Position numbers and translations under genes: made by a program
In this document: piece by piece, positions 19,853 to 30,363 of the stretch
How positions within the stretch are numbered: the first letter of the stretch is position 1
How the letters are laid out: each line of letters opens with the position of its first letter
Source: Candidatus Bathyarchaeota archaeon
GTDB lineage: Archaea > Thermoproteota > Bathyarchaeia > Bathyarchaeales > Bathycorpusculaceae
Direction of reading: 5' to 3'
DNA: 64,000 nt
NCBI GenBank assembly: GCA_963811105.1
Contig: CAWEPZ010000011.1
Location: forward strand, 1,088,001-1,152,000
Notes under the pieces: model-generated
Database searches by the model: none
What the model saw: only the letters and a program-made list of their open reading frames with translations
Told to the model about the DNA's origin: nothing

Positions 19853-21109
19853 GTGGTTAGCTTCTCGTTTGCCAAACGCGAACTTGTTATTTTAGCCGTC
19901 ATGCTTGCTGTTTCCTTCTTAGTCAGGGTTCTACTGTTTCCCCTACAAGGCTACCCAATTGACACTAACGATTTTACGTCATGGTTTAACACTGCATCAA
20001 CCCATGGAATAAGACCATTTTATACCTTAACTTGGGCGGACTACCCGCCTTTCAACGTTTACATTTTCTGGCTGTTTGGAAGTCTATCAAACGCCTCATC
20101 AACGTATGGTATAAGTGTCGTGAATTTCATCAAGTTGGCTCCCAACCTTTTCGATTTAGGAACTGCAGCTCTCATTTACTTTTTTGTCAGAAAACAAGCA
20201 AGTTTCAAGCTTGCACTTGCCGCTACAACACTATACGCTTTTAACCCAGCAGTACTCTTTAATGCGGCAGTATGGGGCCAATTTGACGCCATTTACACCT
20301 TTTTCCTTGTGCTCTCACTTGTGCTTGCGCTTAAATCTAAACCTGAACTCTCAGCCGCAATCCTTGCAATTGCCCTTTTGACAAAGCCCCAAGCGATAGC
20401 ACTTGCCCCATTAATTGCCTTCTTGATTTACAGAAAAAGCGGATGGAAGAGGATGTTGTTTTCTGTGGTAACGTTCGCTGTAACGATTGCAGTTGTTGTT
20501 TTGCCGTTTCAATGGAATGGTTCTCCCTTAGCCGGGTTGAGCCAAGTTTACTTCGGAGGATTCGGACAGTACGCTGTTACTTCGGTTAACGCATTTAACC
20601 TGTGGGGGTTGTACGCCTTGTGGGCTCCTGACACAGGCATCTTTATAGTGGGTTGGGCGTTATTCATTGCATTTGCGATTTTCATTTTCTACTTTTTCCA
20701 TAAACGGTTCAAGGTTTCAGGCGAGATGGTTGCGTTTTTCTCAGCGTTCATGTTTCTTTTTGCGTTTTTCATGTTACCGACAAGGATTCATGAACGATAC
20801 CTGTTTCCAGCCATAAGCATCTTAGCACTAATGTTTCCATTCGTCAAAAGAATCCGCCCCTTCTACGTGGTTTTGACTGGGACTTTGCTTGTCAATGAAG
20901 CATACATTCTTTATTGGCTAAGCGCCTCTTATCCTAATGCTGGTCCCAATCTTACGGGAGACCCAGTAGTTCTTGCCGTAAGCGCTATTAATTTATTCAT
21001 GCTCATTTATGCATCATTAATAATGATAGATGAACTACGAGGGCGCAACTGGCTTAAAATTGCATCTGCCGAGTTAAGGCCAAACGAAAAGGAAGGGGAA
21101 CAAACATAG
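19853..21109 (+). CDS. GT-C fold integral membrane glycosyltransferase (PIG-M/GT87-like)
   Basis: DYPP, NAAVWGQFD, TKPQ, HERY motifs; multi-TM. Confidence 0.85.
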   Translation: MVSFSFAKRELVILAVMLAVSFLVRVLLFPLQGYPIDTNDFTSWFNTASTHGIRPFYTLTWADYPPFNVYIFWLFGSLSNASSTYGISVVNFIKLAPNLFDLGTAALIYFFVRKQASFKLALAATTLYAFNPAVLFNAAVWGQFDAIYTFFLVLSLVLALKSKPELSAAILAIALLTKPQAIALAPLIAFLIYRKSGWKRMLFSVVTFAVTIAVVVLPFQWNGSPLAGLSQVYFGGFGQYAVTSVNAFNLWGLYALWAPDTGIFIVGWALFIAFAIFIFYFFHKRFKVSGEMVAFFSAFMFLFAFFMLPTRIHERYLFPAISILALMFPFVKRIRPFYVVLTGTLLVNEAYILYWLSASYPNAGPNLTGDPVVLAVSAINLFMLIYASLIMIDELRGRNWLKIASAELRPNEKEGEQT

Positions 21110-21138
21110 ACTTTGGAATTAAGCTTACAAAGAAAGAC

Positions 21139-22947
21139 GTGGTAACTATTGTTTTGCTTTCTATAGTTTTCTTTGGCATAGCGGCTTGGAATGTTGGTTC
21201 AATTAAGTATCCAACTACAACTTGGCAAAGTACTCAAAAAGAAAGTTTCTATGTGAATTTAGGTTCAATGCAGCAAGTCCAAACAGTGTATTTCTGGGTT
21301 AAAAGCGGCAACGCCACTGCAACAATATATTCAGGTTCTCCAGGAAACTGGAGTAATGCAGGAGAATTAGTTCTTCAACCAGCTGGAACGGACTATGCAA
21401 TTTGGCAATCGTCAAAAATAAACTCAAACACTCAATTTTTGAGCTTTGATGTTAACGCATCAAATTATGATTCTCGGCCTAACTTTTATTGGGTTGTACC
21501 TAACCCATCTGACCAGGAACCTTCACCTTTCATCCAAATTTCAGAAATCGGCTTACAAAGTCAAAGCAACAATCAAATTCCAATCATTGGAATTACAGGT
21601 GAAAACACAACAGACTCATCCTTAACTAAACTTGTTGATGAGCAAAGTTCCCTTGAAATTCCTCCAACTTACATGTCCAAGATGTATTTTGACGAGGTCT
21701 ATTTCGCTAGAGCTGCAGAAAACTATCTGCATAACCAGATACCTTTCGAAAGAACTCATCCACCGCTAGGAAAGCTGATTCAAGCATCAGGGTTAGCGGT
21801 TTTCGGCGATACCCCTTTTGGCTGGCGAATTATGGGTGTGATATTTGCTGCTTTGATGATACCGTTAATGTATCTACTGGGAAAGAAGCTGTTTGGAACA
21901 TGGATAGGAGGTTTCTCTGCAGCGTTCCTACTTACTTTTGATTTTATGCACTTCACAATGGCGAGAATTGGCACGGCTGACACTTATGTTGTTTTCTTCT
22001 CGTTGCTATCACAGTTATTTTTCCTTATTTATTTCATCAATGTGGTTAAAAGTGGCTGGAGAACGTCTTTAGTTCCTCTATTCTTAGCTGTAATTTTCTT
22101 TGCACTGGGATTCTCTACGAAGTGGTTTACAATCTTTGGTGCGGCAGGTTTGCTTGTTTTGCTTATAGCGATCAGGTTCAAAAACATTGTAAAGCTAAAG
22201 GGCAGCTTGGCTGATAAGTACGTTGCCTTCTTTGACTATCCCGCCTTATTGCTTCTTGGTTTCATAGGGCTTTCAATCATTATTTACTTCATAACTTATA
22301 TTCCCGACATGCTTGCTGGCGATTCCTTCCTAAAGATTCTCAATTTGCAGAATGCAATGTTTGGCTTTCATTCAAGCTCAACCATAACTGATCCGTCGTC
22401 GTCTCCTTGGTGGTCGTGGCCTTTCATGTTCAGGCCAGATGGAATTAGTGTACCCCGATGGTTTGACATATCATATTTGCCGAACAATGTTGATTCAACC
22501 ATAACCGTTTTCGGTAACCCAGCTGTCTGGTGGATTGGCTTTGCAGCGGTAATTGTAATTGCCGGTATGGTCATACATAAAAGCGGAATTGTTCAAGACC
22601 TAAGGTCTAGAAAACGCTTACATAAACAGCTTAATCTGCATCAAACTGATTTACCTATTGTCTTCATTGCCGTTGTCTTCTTATTCTCGTGGCTACCTTA
22701 CATTGTAATATCCAGAGCGACATACATTTACCACTTCTATCTGAGTGTTCCACTACTTTGTTTAGCTACAACATACTTCATTAACAAATACTGGAGCACC
22801 CCCAGAGGAAAACTTGCTGCAATAGCCATATTCGCTTCTACAGCGGCATTATTCATAGTATTTTACCCAGTCATTTCAGGCATGCCCGTTCCAACTTGGT
22901 ACATAAATAATTTGAAGTGGTTCCCCAGCTGGCGCTTCACGGGATGA
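21139..22947 (+). CDS. Dolichyl-phosphate-mannose--protein mannosyltransferase-like (GT39/PMT)
   Basis: YFDEVYF, THPPLGK, FGWR, STKW, SSPWWSWP, GNP, YIYHF motifs. Confidence 0.88.
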   Translation: MVTIVLLSIVFFGIAAWNVGSIKYPTTTWQSTQKESFYVNLGSMQQVQTVYFWVKSGNATATIYSGSPGNWSNAGELVLQPAGTDYAIWQSSKINSNTQFLSFDVNASNYDSRPNFYWVVPNPSDQEPSPFIQISEIGLQSQSNNQIPIIGITGENTTDSSLTKLVDEQSSLEIPPTYMSKMYFDEVYFARAAENYLHNQIPFERTHPPLGKLIQASGLAVFGDTPFGWRIMGVIFAALMIPLMYLLGKKLFGTWIGGFSAAFLLTFDFMHFTMARIGTADTYVVFFSLLSQLFFLIYFINVVKSGWRTSLVPLFLAVIFFALGFSTKWFTIFGAAGLLVLLIAIRFKNIVKLKGSLADKYVAFFDYPALLLLGFIGLSIIIYFITYIPDMLAGDSFLKILNLQNAMFGFHSSSTITDPSSSPWWSWPFMFRPDGISVPRWFDISYLPNNVDSTITVFGNPAVWWIGFAAVIVIAGMVIHKSGIVQDLRSRKRLHKQLNLHQTDLPIVFIAVVFLFSWLPYIVISRATYIYHFYLSVPLLCLATTYFINKYWSTPRGKLAAIAIFASTAALFIVFYPVISGMPVPTWYINNLKWFPSWRFTG

Positions 22948-23685
22948 CACAACAAAATACTATCAGCAAAACAGTTCAGGTCTCAGTGGTTTTTCCAGCG
23001 TTCAACGAAATTGATTTTTTGCTTATAGCAGTTGATAAAACTACTCAAGCTCTAAATGAGTTTACGAGTTCCTACGAAATAATAATAGCCGAAGACGGTA
23101 GCACTGATGGCACAGCTGAACGCACCGAAGAGATAGCGCAAAAATACCCGTATGTCCGGCATATTCACCGGGAAAAACGCTTAGGAAGAGGAACTGCTCT
23201 AAAAAATGCTTTCAAGCAAAGCAAAGGTGAAGTTTTGGTTTATATGGACTTGGATTTAGCTACTGACCTTAAAGCTCTTAAACCTCTAGTTGAAGCTATC
23301 ACTGTTGAAGGTTACGATTTTTCCACCGGTTCCAGAATGCTGCCTCAAAGCAAAGTTGAGCGTAGCCTACGCAGAAGCATCAGCTTCCAAATCGTATAAT
23401 TTCCTTGTGCGGCACATTGCAGGTTCAAAACTCAGGGATCATCAATGTGGCTTCAAAGCTTTCAAGAGACAACCTGTTTTGCAATTGCTTGATGAAGTTG
23501 AGGCGACTCATTGGTTTTGGGACACTGAGATAATGGTGCGTGCTCAACGCCGAGGATATAAAGTAAAAGAGATTCCAGTTGAATGGAAAAGCGGCAAGGG
23601 TACGAAAGTAAATCTGTTTAAAGACTCATTGAACATGGGTCGCCAAATAATGAAGTTATGGTGGAAACTCAAAGTCAAAGAATAG
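22944..23685 (+). CDS. GT2 polyprenol-phosphate glycosyltransferase (DPM/DPG synthase-like), frameshift ~23385
   Basis: PAFNE, EDGSTDGT, YMDLD, GSR then DHQCGFK, WFWDTE in the next frame; ATG overlaps the upstream TGA. Confidence 0.88.
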
Positions 23686-23686
23686 T

Positions 23687-24202
23687 TTATCTTTTGGCCA
23701 AAAGCACAATTGCTCTTGCAACCAACGACATGCCACCAATTAATATTATTCCAGCCCAAAAGACAAACCACTCAGCCATTATCGTCATGTTAACAAGATA
23801 AGTTATTGCCAAGTAGCTTGCTCCAAGCCAGAAAACGAGGTTTCCAATAGTTTCAGCTTTTCTTGCAATTGGGGAATGAAGCCAGATTCTAATTGCCAAT
23901 ACCATAATTTCTAAAATTCCTAAGCCTAAACAAAACTGGAAAACCGCAACATATAGTGCCAAATGGGCAGCTGGGTCTGCTGGTGCGGGTAAGGAAAAGC
24001 CAGCGCCTGGAACCTGAGCCAGCGTTAAAGAGCTGAAAAATTTCACTATGCTATCCCAAAGATTGTTAGGCAGATTAGCAAAATAAACAATGGCAAGCAA
24101 AATAAAAACAGCGCCGACATAAATTGCAGTGATTAAGTTTTCTTTTTTCTTTTCGTCTAATGCCTGAGGGTTAAAATTCTTAAGCAAATTGTTTTTCCCC
24201 AT
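23687..24202 (-). CDS. Hypothetical membrane protein
   Basis: 171 aa, ~4 TM helices. Confidence 0.7.
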   Translation of the reverse strand: MGKNNLLKNFNPQALDEKKKENLITAIYVGAVFILLAIVYFANLPNNLWDSIVKFFSSLTLAQVPGAGFSLPAPADPAAHLALYVAVFQFCLGLGILEIMVLAIRIWLHSPIARKAETIGNLVFWLGASYLAITYLVNMTIMAEWFVFWAGIILIGGMSLVARAIVLLAKR

Positions 24203-24302
24203 TCGACTATGGAATATTAGCAGATATATCTTTCCTAAATCAAAGAGTAAAGTGCATATTTTAAATAGTAAGTGAATATAAAAGTAGTGCAGGGAGATTT
24301 AG

Positions 24303-24710
24303 ATGTCTTATTGTCCGAAATGCGGCAATAAAGTTGAGGAAACAATGGCTTTTTGCCCACACTGTGGAACAGCGCTAAAAGTAACAGCAGCAACCGGCCA
24401 ACCTGTACCGGCACCTTCAAGGCCATATCGGAGACAAGAAAAAGCAGAAAAGAATGAGAAACAAGAGAAGAATCAACCTCAAGAGAAGGGTGAAAAACAA
24501 GAGAAAAGTGAACGTGGCTTTGTCGGTTTTCTGATAGGTGGCTTGATACTAATCACTATAGGTATTTTCTCTCTGCTGGAATTAAACGGCAGTTACTTTA
24601 GTTCAGGTCAAGACTTAGCTGTCATGCTGTTCATAATCGGCATAATCATCATAATTGGTGCTGTTTATGTAGCTATGACCGCCCGCAAACATTTCCCCGC
24701 CCCCTCCTAA
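24303..24710 (+). CDS. Zinc-ribbon domain membrane protein
   Basis: CPKCG...CPHCG, EK-rich linker, two TM helices. Confidence 0.8.
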   Translation: MSYCPKCGNKVEETMAFCPHCGTALKVTAATGQPVPAPSRPYRRQEKAEKNEKQEKNQPQEKGEKQEKSERGFVGFLIGGLILITIGIFSLLELNGSYFSSGQDLAVMLFIIGIIIIIGAVYVAMTARKHFPAPS

Positions 24711-25847
24711 ATCAGCCATCGTAGAAACATTCGATAAAGTCTATGCTCTAATAGCGTTGATACGTTTTTTCTTCCGATTATACGATAATAGTTTTTTCCT
24801 GCTGCTTCAACTAAGTCACCGATGTCATATCGCGGTAACATGCATGAAGAAATTATAAGACTTCCCCAATCGCCGCGCTTGAGTTCATGAAGCATTTTTA
24901 CACCCCTGCCAGTTGCAACTTCAAAGAGGTAGGAGTCATAATTTGGTGTTACATATGGATAGTCGTCCAGTTGCTGGGCAAAAACGCCCTCGGTGGCTGT
25001 GTACATTTCTACAACTGGAGCTTTACCAAAATAGCTCTGAAGCACTGGACCATACCTGTATTGTATTTTGCGCACGCTAGTGCAGAAGAGAGCTTGAAGC
25101 TTCCATTAGGTCAGCTGGTTTTTTCCCATGCTTCCGTTTCATGTACCTAGCGAAAGCTAAGATTACAGGGGTTACACCCATGGTGGCAGTGACATCTTGA
25201 TTTATAGCCTGTTGATAGACAAGTTCAAACCGTTTCTCCCAATCCTTACTTGTTAACTCTGAACCTAAGGCGTCAATTTCTTCTTGACGAGGCAGAAGGC
25301 TCACCCTTTCAAACATTGGGTTCAGCCGCGCGTAGGTGCCTGAACTGTAGCCATAAGCGACTTCCTTGCCTTCAAAGTTCATTGTGTGAACATTTGACGG
25401 AAAATTCAAGTTAAGAATTGAACCAGTGAACACGTCGAAGTTTTGTTTTTTGATGGCAAAATTGATTAATCCTCTGGCACCGCAAGTAAAAATTTGTTTT
25501 AGGTGCGTTTGGGTGGCGGGCAAAACTTTGGATGTTCCTGTTGAGCCCCTTGTCATAACCCAACATTCAGGCGGTTCATTCAAAATTGCCTTGTAGTTTC
25601 CTTCCTTAACTTGCGCAAGAAAAGGAGTAAGTGCTGAATAGTTGATGACAGGGAAGCTTTTTTGGTAATCTGAAATGCTGTTTACCTGAGGGGCGTTATG
25701 ACTTAATCCATAATCAGTGGTAATGTACTTTTTAACTAAGTCAGTGAGCACTTGCTCTTGCGCTTGCTGTGGATTCCGCAGGGACTCGTACCAAGGACCT
25801 ATGATTGGCTTTAGAATATTGTTAATGCCTTCATCATCTGGCAACAT
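24707..25847 (-). CDS. GH3 auxin-responsive/acyl-adenylate family protein, frameshift ~25105
   Basis: TRGSTG P-loop-like, YTATEG, RYDIGD motifs; halves join as DLWKLQALFCTSVRK. Confidence 0.82.
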
Positions 25848-25943
25848 AACATTCTCTTGATAGAATTTGGCATGAATTGGCTTATATGCTTCTCCATAAA
25901 TAAACTAAACAACTAAAAACCTTGCGAATTTAGGTTGAATATT

Positions 25944-26870
25944 ATGACTGAAACAGTTCGTGTTACAGCTGAGCGCATTAGAAAACTCGAAGTTCAAGGA
26001 GCAAGAAATGTAGCAATAGCTGCCGTGAAAACTCTCCAAACTCTAGCTGAGCAAACCAAGGCAAAAAATAAGACTGCATTAGTAAACGAGCTTAAAGAAG
26101 CGCAGGCTTTGCTTTTTGCATCAAGGGAAACTGAGCCACTTATGAGGAATGCTGTTCGCTGGGTAATAACTCAAGCTCAAGAGGGCAGCAATGAAAAAGT
26201 TGAAGCAATTGCCGAATTGGTTATTGGAAATGCAGGTTTGTTTCTGCAAAATCTCGATGCCTCAAGAGAATGCACAGCTGAAATAGGTTCAAAGCGAATA
26301 CGGGACGGTATGCTAGTATTAACTCATTGCCACTCATCAACAGTTACGCGCATGCTTGCCAAAGCCAAAGCTGACGGCAAAAACTTTAGCGTAATTTGCA
26401 CTGAAACCCGACCCGCTTTTCAAGGTAGGATAACGGCACGGGAAATGGTTGAGCTGGGGGTTGAAACCATGTTTATTGTTGATTCAGCCGCCCGATCATA
26501 TATGGGAAATGTTGACCTTGTTGTTGTTGGCGCGGATGCCATAACGTCCGAGGGCAATATAGTTAACAAGATTGGCACTAGCAGCATCGCCGTTTTAGCC
26601 AATGAAGCTAGAAAGCCCTTCTACGTAGTCTCGGAACTGCTAAAGTTTGATCCTGAAACACTGTTTGGGGAGTATGAACGAATTGAGCACCGAAGCCCTG
26701 CTGAAGTTTGGACGGAAGCGCCAGAAAAACTATCAGTGCGCAATCCGGCTTTCGACGTTACCCCAAGCCGATATATCAGTGGGCTTATCTGCGAGGAAGG
26801 TGTGATCGCGCCTCAGTCTGTAGCTGAAGTTATGCTTAGAGCTTATCCTTGGGCATTTAAGGGCACCTAA
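25944..26870 (+). CDS. Ribose-1,5-bisphosphate isomerase (eIF-2B family)
   Basis: VQGARNVA, THCHSS, ETRP, GADAI, NKIGT, NPAFDVTP; adjacent to RuBisCO. Confidence 0.9.
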   Translation: MTETVRVTAERIRKLEVQGARNVAIAAVKTLQTLAEQTKAKNKTALVNELKEAQALLFASRETEPLMRNAVRWVITQAQEGSNEKVEAIAELVIGNAGLFLQNLDASRECTAEIGSKRIRDGMLVLTHCHSSTVTRMLAKAKADGKNFSVICTETRPAFQGRITAREMVELGVETMFIVDSAARSYMGNVDLVVVGADAITSEGNIVNKIGTSSIAVLANEARKPFYVVSELLKFDPETLFGEYERIEHRSPAEVWTEAPEKLSVRNPAFDVTPSRYISGLICEEGVIAPQSVAEVMLRAYPWAFKGT

Positions 26871-28090
26871 GCTTTCCAATACTCCAAAGCAGCCTTCAAC
26901 TCTTTGTGTGTTTCAGCGTATTCTTTCAGCGTCTTTTCTTTCAGGATTGCGTCTACGGCTTGCCTCATCGCTTTTGCCCCTGCCACTGTGCCGTCCGGGT
27001 GCCCGTGGACGCCACCCCCTGCTTGAAGGACCACATCATTGCCAAACGTTTCCATAAGCGCAGGAACCAGCCGTGGGTGCAATCCGCCTGAAGCAACAGG
27101 CAAAACAGGCTTCAAACCTCCCAATTCAGCTTTACAAGCATCGATATTTTCAAGCACTTCTGCTCTGGTTTCGCTCATTTTTCCAACAACCGTGCCCACG
27201 TGGAGTTGGTCTACGCCGATTACTCTTGCCACAGTTGCAATGGGACGCATAGCGATACCATGCAGCGGGTTTTTTGTGAAAGCAGCGTGTCCCGCACGAT
27301 GCGCATGAATGACAAGTTTGCTGGTTTGGTCTCGCAGCGTTTGGAGGGCTGACCAGCCGCAAGTTAAGATGTCCACCATAACGTATTCGCCGCCTTGAGC
27401 AAGGACAGTTTCTGCACGTTTCAGCATAAGGTTGGTTTCAGCGGTGATGTTTATCATGTAGACTTTGCGTTCACCCGTTTCTTGCTGGGCTTTGTCTCTT
27501 TTTTCCAAAGTTTGCGAAAGGCGATCATCGAAAGGATTGAATTTTTGACTGCTCAAGTTTTCGTCGTCTTTGACGATGTCGCAGCCGCCGCTCCATGCAT
27601 CGTAAGCGACTATAGCGTGGTCTTTTGTGTTTAAGCCCAGTTTAGGTTTGATTATTGTGCCAACCAAGGGGCGCTTTGGAATTTTTAGGAGTTTGCGGAT
27701 TCCAGCTATGCCGTAGCTGGGTCCTTTGAAACCGTCTATTAGCGCTTTGGGCATTTGGATATCAAGCAAGCGCAGGTTTTTGAGTGCTTTAAGCCCGAAC
27801 ACGTTTCCCGCCACACTGCTCAATATATTAGGCATGTTTGCTGGCTCAAAAAGCTCAATGGGATAAGCGATTTTGGCTATGTCACCTTCGAGGCTGAAAA
27901 CCTGAGCTGCCAACCTATCGACATAGGGTTGCTCAGTTGTTAGCTGCGTCCATGTACCTACGGAGCTTTCTGCTGCTACGCCCCCTGCTGCTTCTTTGAG
28001 GCTGAATCCGTCGGGCTCCAAGAAGAAAGTGCAGATTAAGTCGGTTTCTTTTAATTTGTAAGTTGGATTTAAAAAGTCAAGGTACTTCAA
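26867..28090 (-). CDS. rbcL: Ribulose-bisphosphate carboxylase, form III
   Basis: AESSVGTW, KPKLG, DIVKDDEN, HAHRAGH, HVGTVVGKM, ASGGLH, GGGVHGHP all intact. Confidence 0.95.
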   Translation of the reverse strand: MKYLDFLNPTYKLKETDLICTFFLEPDGFSLKEAAGGVAAESSVGTWTQLTTEQPYVDRLAAQVFSLEGDIAKIAYPIELFEPANMPNILSSVAGNVFGLKALKNLRLLDIQMPKALIDGFKGPSYGIAGIRKLLKIPKRPLVGTIIKPKLGLNTKDHAIVAYDAWSGGCDIVKDDENLSSQKFNPFDDRLSQTLEKRDKAQQETGERKVYMINITAETNLMLKRAETVLAQGGEYVMVDILTCGWSALQTLRDQTSKLVIHAHRAGHAAFTKNPLHGIAMRPIATVARVIGVDQLHVGTVVGKMSETRAEVLENIDACKAELGGLKPVLPVASGGLHPRLVPALMETFGNDVVLQAGGGVHGHPDGTVAGAKAMRQAVDAILKEKTLKEYAETHKELKAALEYWKA

Positions 28091-28175
28091 AGAGTTTCAT
28101 TCCAGCTCTATTGTGACTGGGTTTTGCTTAAAATCTTTAACTATACGCGCATCTTACAATAATCGAGTGTCCTGC

Positions 28176-29720
28176 ATGCAACTTACCGTTGAAGTTTTAA
28201 TGATCACTACTGGAGGAAGCAGAATCGCTATATTAAGCGAAGAAAGCGCCAGCCTCTTGGGCGTACACAGTTCAGATAGAATACGGATAATACGTAGCAC
28301 CAAAGAAATGATAGCTATTGCAAATATAGCGTCTCATTTTCCTAAAAATCGCATTGGACTCTACGAAGAAACCGCTTTGGCGCTTGGAGTAAAAGATGAC
28401 GAAACTGTTAATGTGCAGCTAGCGCCACTTCCCGAATCACTTTTTAATGTTCGTGCAAAATTGCATGGCGAACGTTTACGTGAAACAGACATAATCACAA
28501 TCGTTAACGATGTTGTTGAGCGACATTTGAGCACAGTTGAGATTGCAGCCTTCTTAACTGCTCTTAGCATTCACGGCTCAAGCGCTAGCGAAAACGAGGC
28601 CTTATCAAGGGCTATGGTTGCATCCGGCAAAACTCTCAGTTTCGGCGAAGGCCCCATCCTAGACAAGCACAGTGTAGGTGGAATACCGGGCGACAAAACC
28701 AGCATGATTGTCGTGCCAATAGTAGCCGCGGCAGGATTCACCATACCTAAAACTTCTTCACGCGCTATCACATCACCTGCTGGAACCGCTGACAGAGTGG
28801 AGACTTTGTGCCCTGTCAACTTATCTATTAGTGAGATTAGGGATGTTGTTGCAAAAACTAATGGATGTTTGGTTTGGGGTGGCTCGTTGGAGCTTGCACC
28901 AGCTGACGACCTTTTCATTCAAGTTGAGTATCCACTTGGAATTGACCCCATGCTTTTGCCCTCGATTCTTAGCAAGAAAAAAGCTATTGGAGCAACCCAC
29001 GTGGTCATCGACATTCCCACCGGCATGGGTGCAAAAATCAAGACACGTACTGAAGCTTATGTTTTGGCTTCGGATTTTGTTGATTTGGGGAAACGTTTAG
29101 GCTTAAACATTCAATGTGCCTTGACATTTGGTGACCAGCCATTAGGCTGCAGCATTGGACCTGCTCTTGAAGCGCAAGAAGCCTTGTCAACCTTGATGGG
29201 TGCTGGACCTTCTGACCTAAGGGAAAAAGCTGTCAGCCTTGCAGGTATGCTTTTCGAGATGGTTGGAGCTGAAAACGGACAAGCTAAAGCAGAAGAAATG
29301 CTTGATTCAGGCAAAGCAGAGGCAAAAATGCGGGAAATTATTGCAGCTCAAGGTGGAAATCCAAAGGTTAAACCTAATGAGATTCCTGTTGGCGCTGAAA
29401 TGGCTGAAGTTCGTTCTGAACACGCTGGTAAAGTCATATGGCTAAGCACTGCAGACATTGTGCGTATAGCACGCGAAGCCGGAGCGCCAAAAGAGAAAGG
29501 CGCAGGCTTGGTGTTGCACTCAAAATTAGGCGAAACTGTTCACAAAGACGATGTTCTTTTCGAAATATATGCTGAAAGAGGCTGCAAGTTGACTTCAGCG
29601 TTGGAGCTTGCCAAAAAGTTGTCGCTCATTGTTCTCACTAAGAAGCCTGCGGAGAAGATGATTTTGGACAGGGTGCCTGAAAAGCTCGCTCATGAAAAAA
29701 CCTTCATGCTAGATAGGTAA
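28176..29720 (+). CDS. deoA: AMP phosphorylase
   Basis: DKHSVGGIPG, PKTSSRAITSPAGTAD, N-terminal double-psi-barrel extension. Confidence 0.93.
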   Translation: MQLTVEVLMITTGGSRIAILSEESASLLGVHSSDRIRIIRSTKEMIAIANIASHFPKNRIGLYEETALALGVKDDETVNVQLAPLPESLFNVRAKLHGERLRETDIITIVNDVVERHLSTVEIAAFLTALSIHGSSASENEALSRAMVASGKTLSFGEGPILDKHSVGGIPGDKTSMIVVPIVAAAGFTIPKTSSRAITSPAGTADRVETLCPVNLSISEIRDVVAKTNGCLVWGGSLELAPADDLFIQVEYPLGIDPMLLPSILSKKKAIGATHVVIDIPTGMGAKIKTRTEAYVLASDFVDLGKRLGLNIQCALTFGDQPLGCSIGPALEAQEALSTLMGAGPSDLREKAVSLAGMLFEMVGAENGQAKAEEMLDSGKAEAKMREIIAAQGGNPKVKPNEIPVGAEMAEVRSEHAGKVIWLSTADIVRIAREAGAPKEKGAGLVLHSKLGETVHKDDVLFEIYAERGCKLTSALELAKKLSLIVLTKKPAEKMILDRVPEKLAHEKTFMLDR

Positions 29721-29747
29721 TTATACGAAAAAAAAAGTTGAGTGGTT

Positions 29748-30224
29748 TTAATGTGCAATTGCTCCGCCTATCAAACCGCCGACCGCTGCAATTATGCCTG
29801 CGAATATGGAGAGAATGATTGCTGCTGCGCCCACGCCTAAACCAGCTAAGCCTCCAAAGAATGCTCCTGTGATTCCGCCTGCAAGTCCTCCCGCGAATGC
29901 AAAACTGAAGAATGCTAGAATTGCGATTATTATTGCACCAAATATACCTGCTAGAAAACCAGAAATCAATCCTTTAAAGGCGCCTCTAGCTGCGAGCCCC
30001 GCCACTAAGCCGCCGATGAATAAGCCGATAAGATGACCGGCTCCTGAAAAAATAAAGGCGATAATAAGGATTACCAAAAATCCGACGAAAGCTCCCAACC
30101 ATATGCTTCCCAAATTTTTCCACCCCCTACAAAGTGAATGGCAAACTGAATGCTCTAAAGTTATAGCTAAAACAGAATTTAAATAAATGCTTTGTTGATG
30201 ATGCCACACAATAACACACAACAC
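29748..30224 (-). CDS. Gly/Ala-rich membrane protein (DUF5518-like); true start probably downstream
   Basis: Multiple GxxxG TM helices. Confidence 0.65.
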   Translation of the reverse strand: MLCVIVWHHQQSIYLNSVLAITLEHSVCHSLCRGWKNLGSIWLGAFVGFLVILIIAFIFSGAGHLIGLFIGGLVAGLAARGAFKGLISGFLAGIFGAIIIAILAFFSFAFAGGLAGGITGAFFGGLAGLGVGAAAIILSIFAGIIAAVGGLIGGAIAH

Positions 30225-30363
30225 CTAAACATAACTTCCTTGCCGAGCATTCATAATATGATACTTAACCATCATTTTTACCCCTAAATATGCGTTAATT
30301 ATAATAGAGCGATTTCCCAGAGTACCTTACAGTAAGTAGTGGGCAGTTTCTAGGGTTTGAAAA

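Noticed and set aside
26867-28090. RuBisCO-like protein (form IV) or Calvin cycle
   Set aside because: Catalytic motifs are intact and neighbours are AMP-pathway genes; no phosphoribulokinase is seen in the window.
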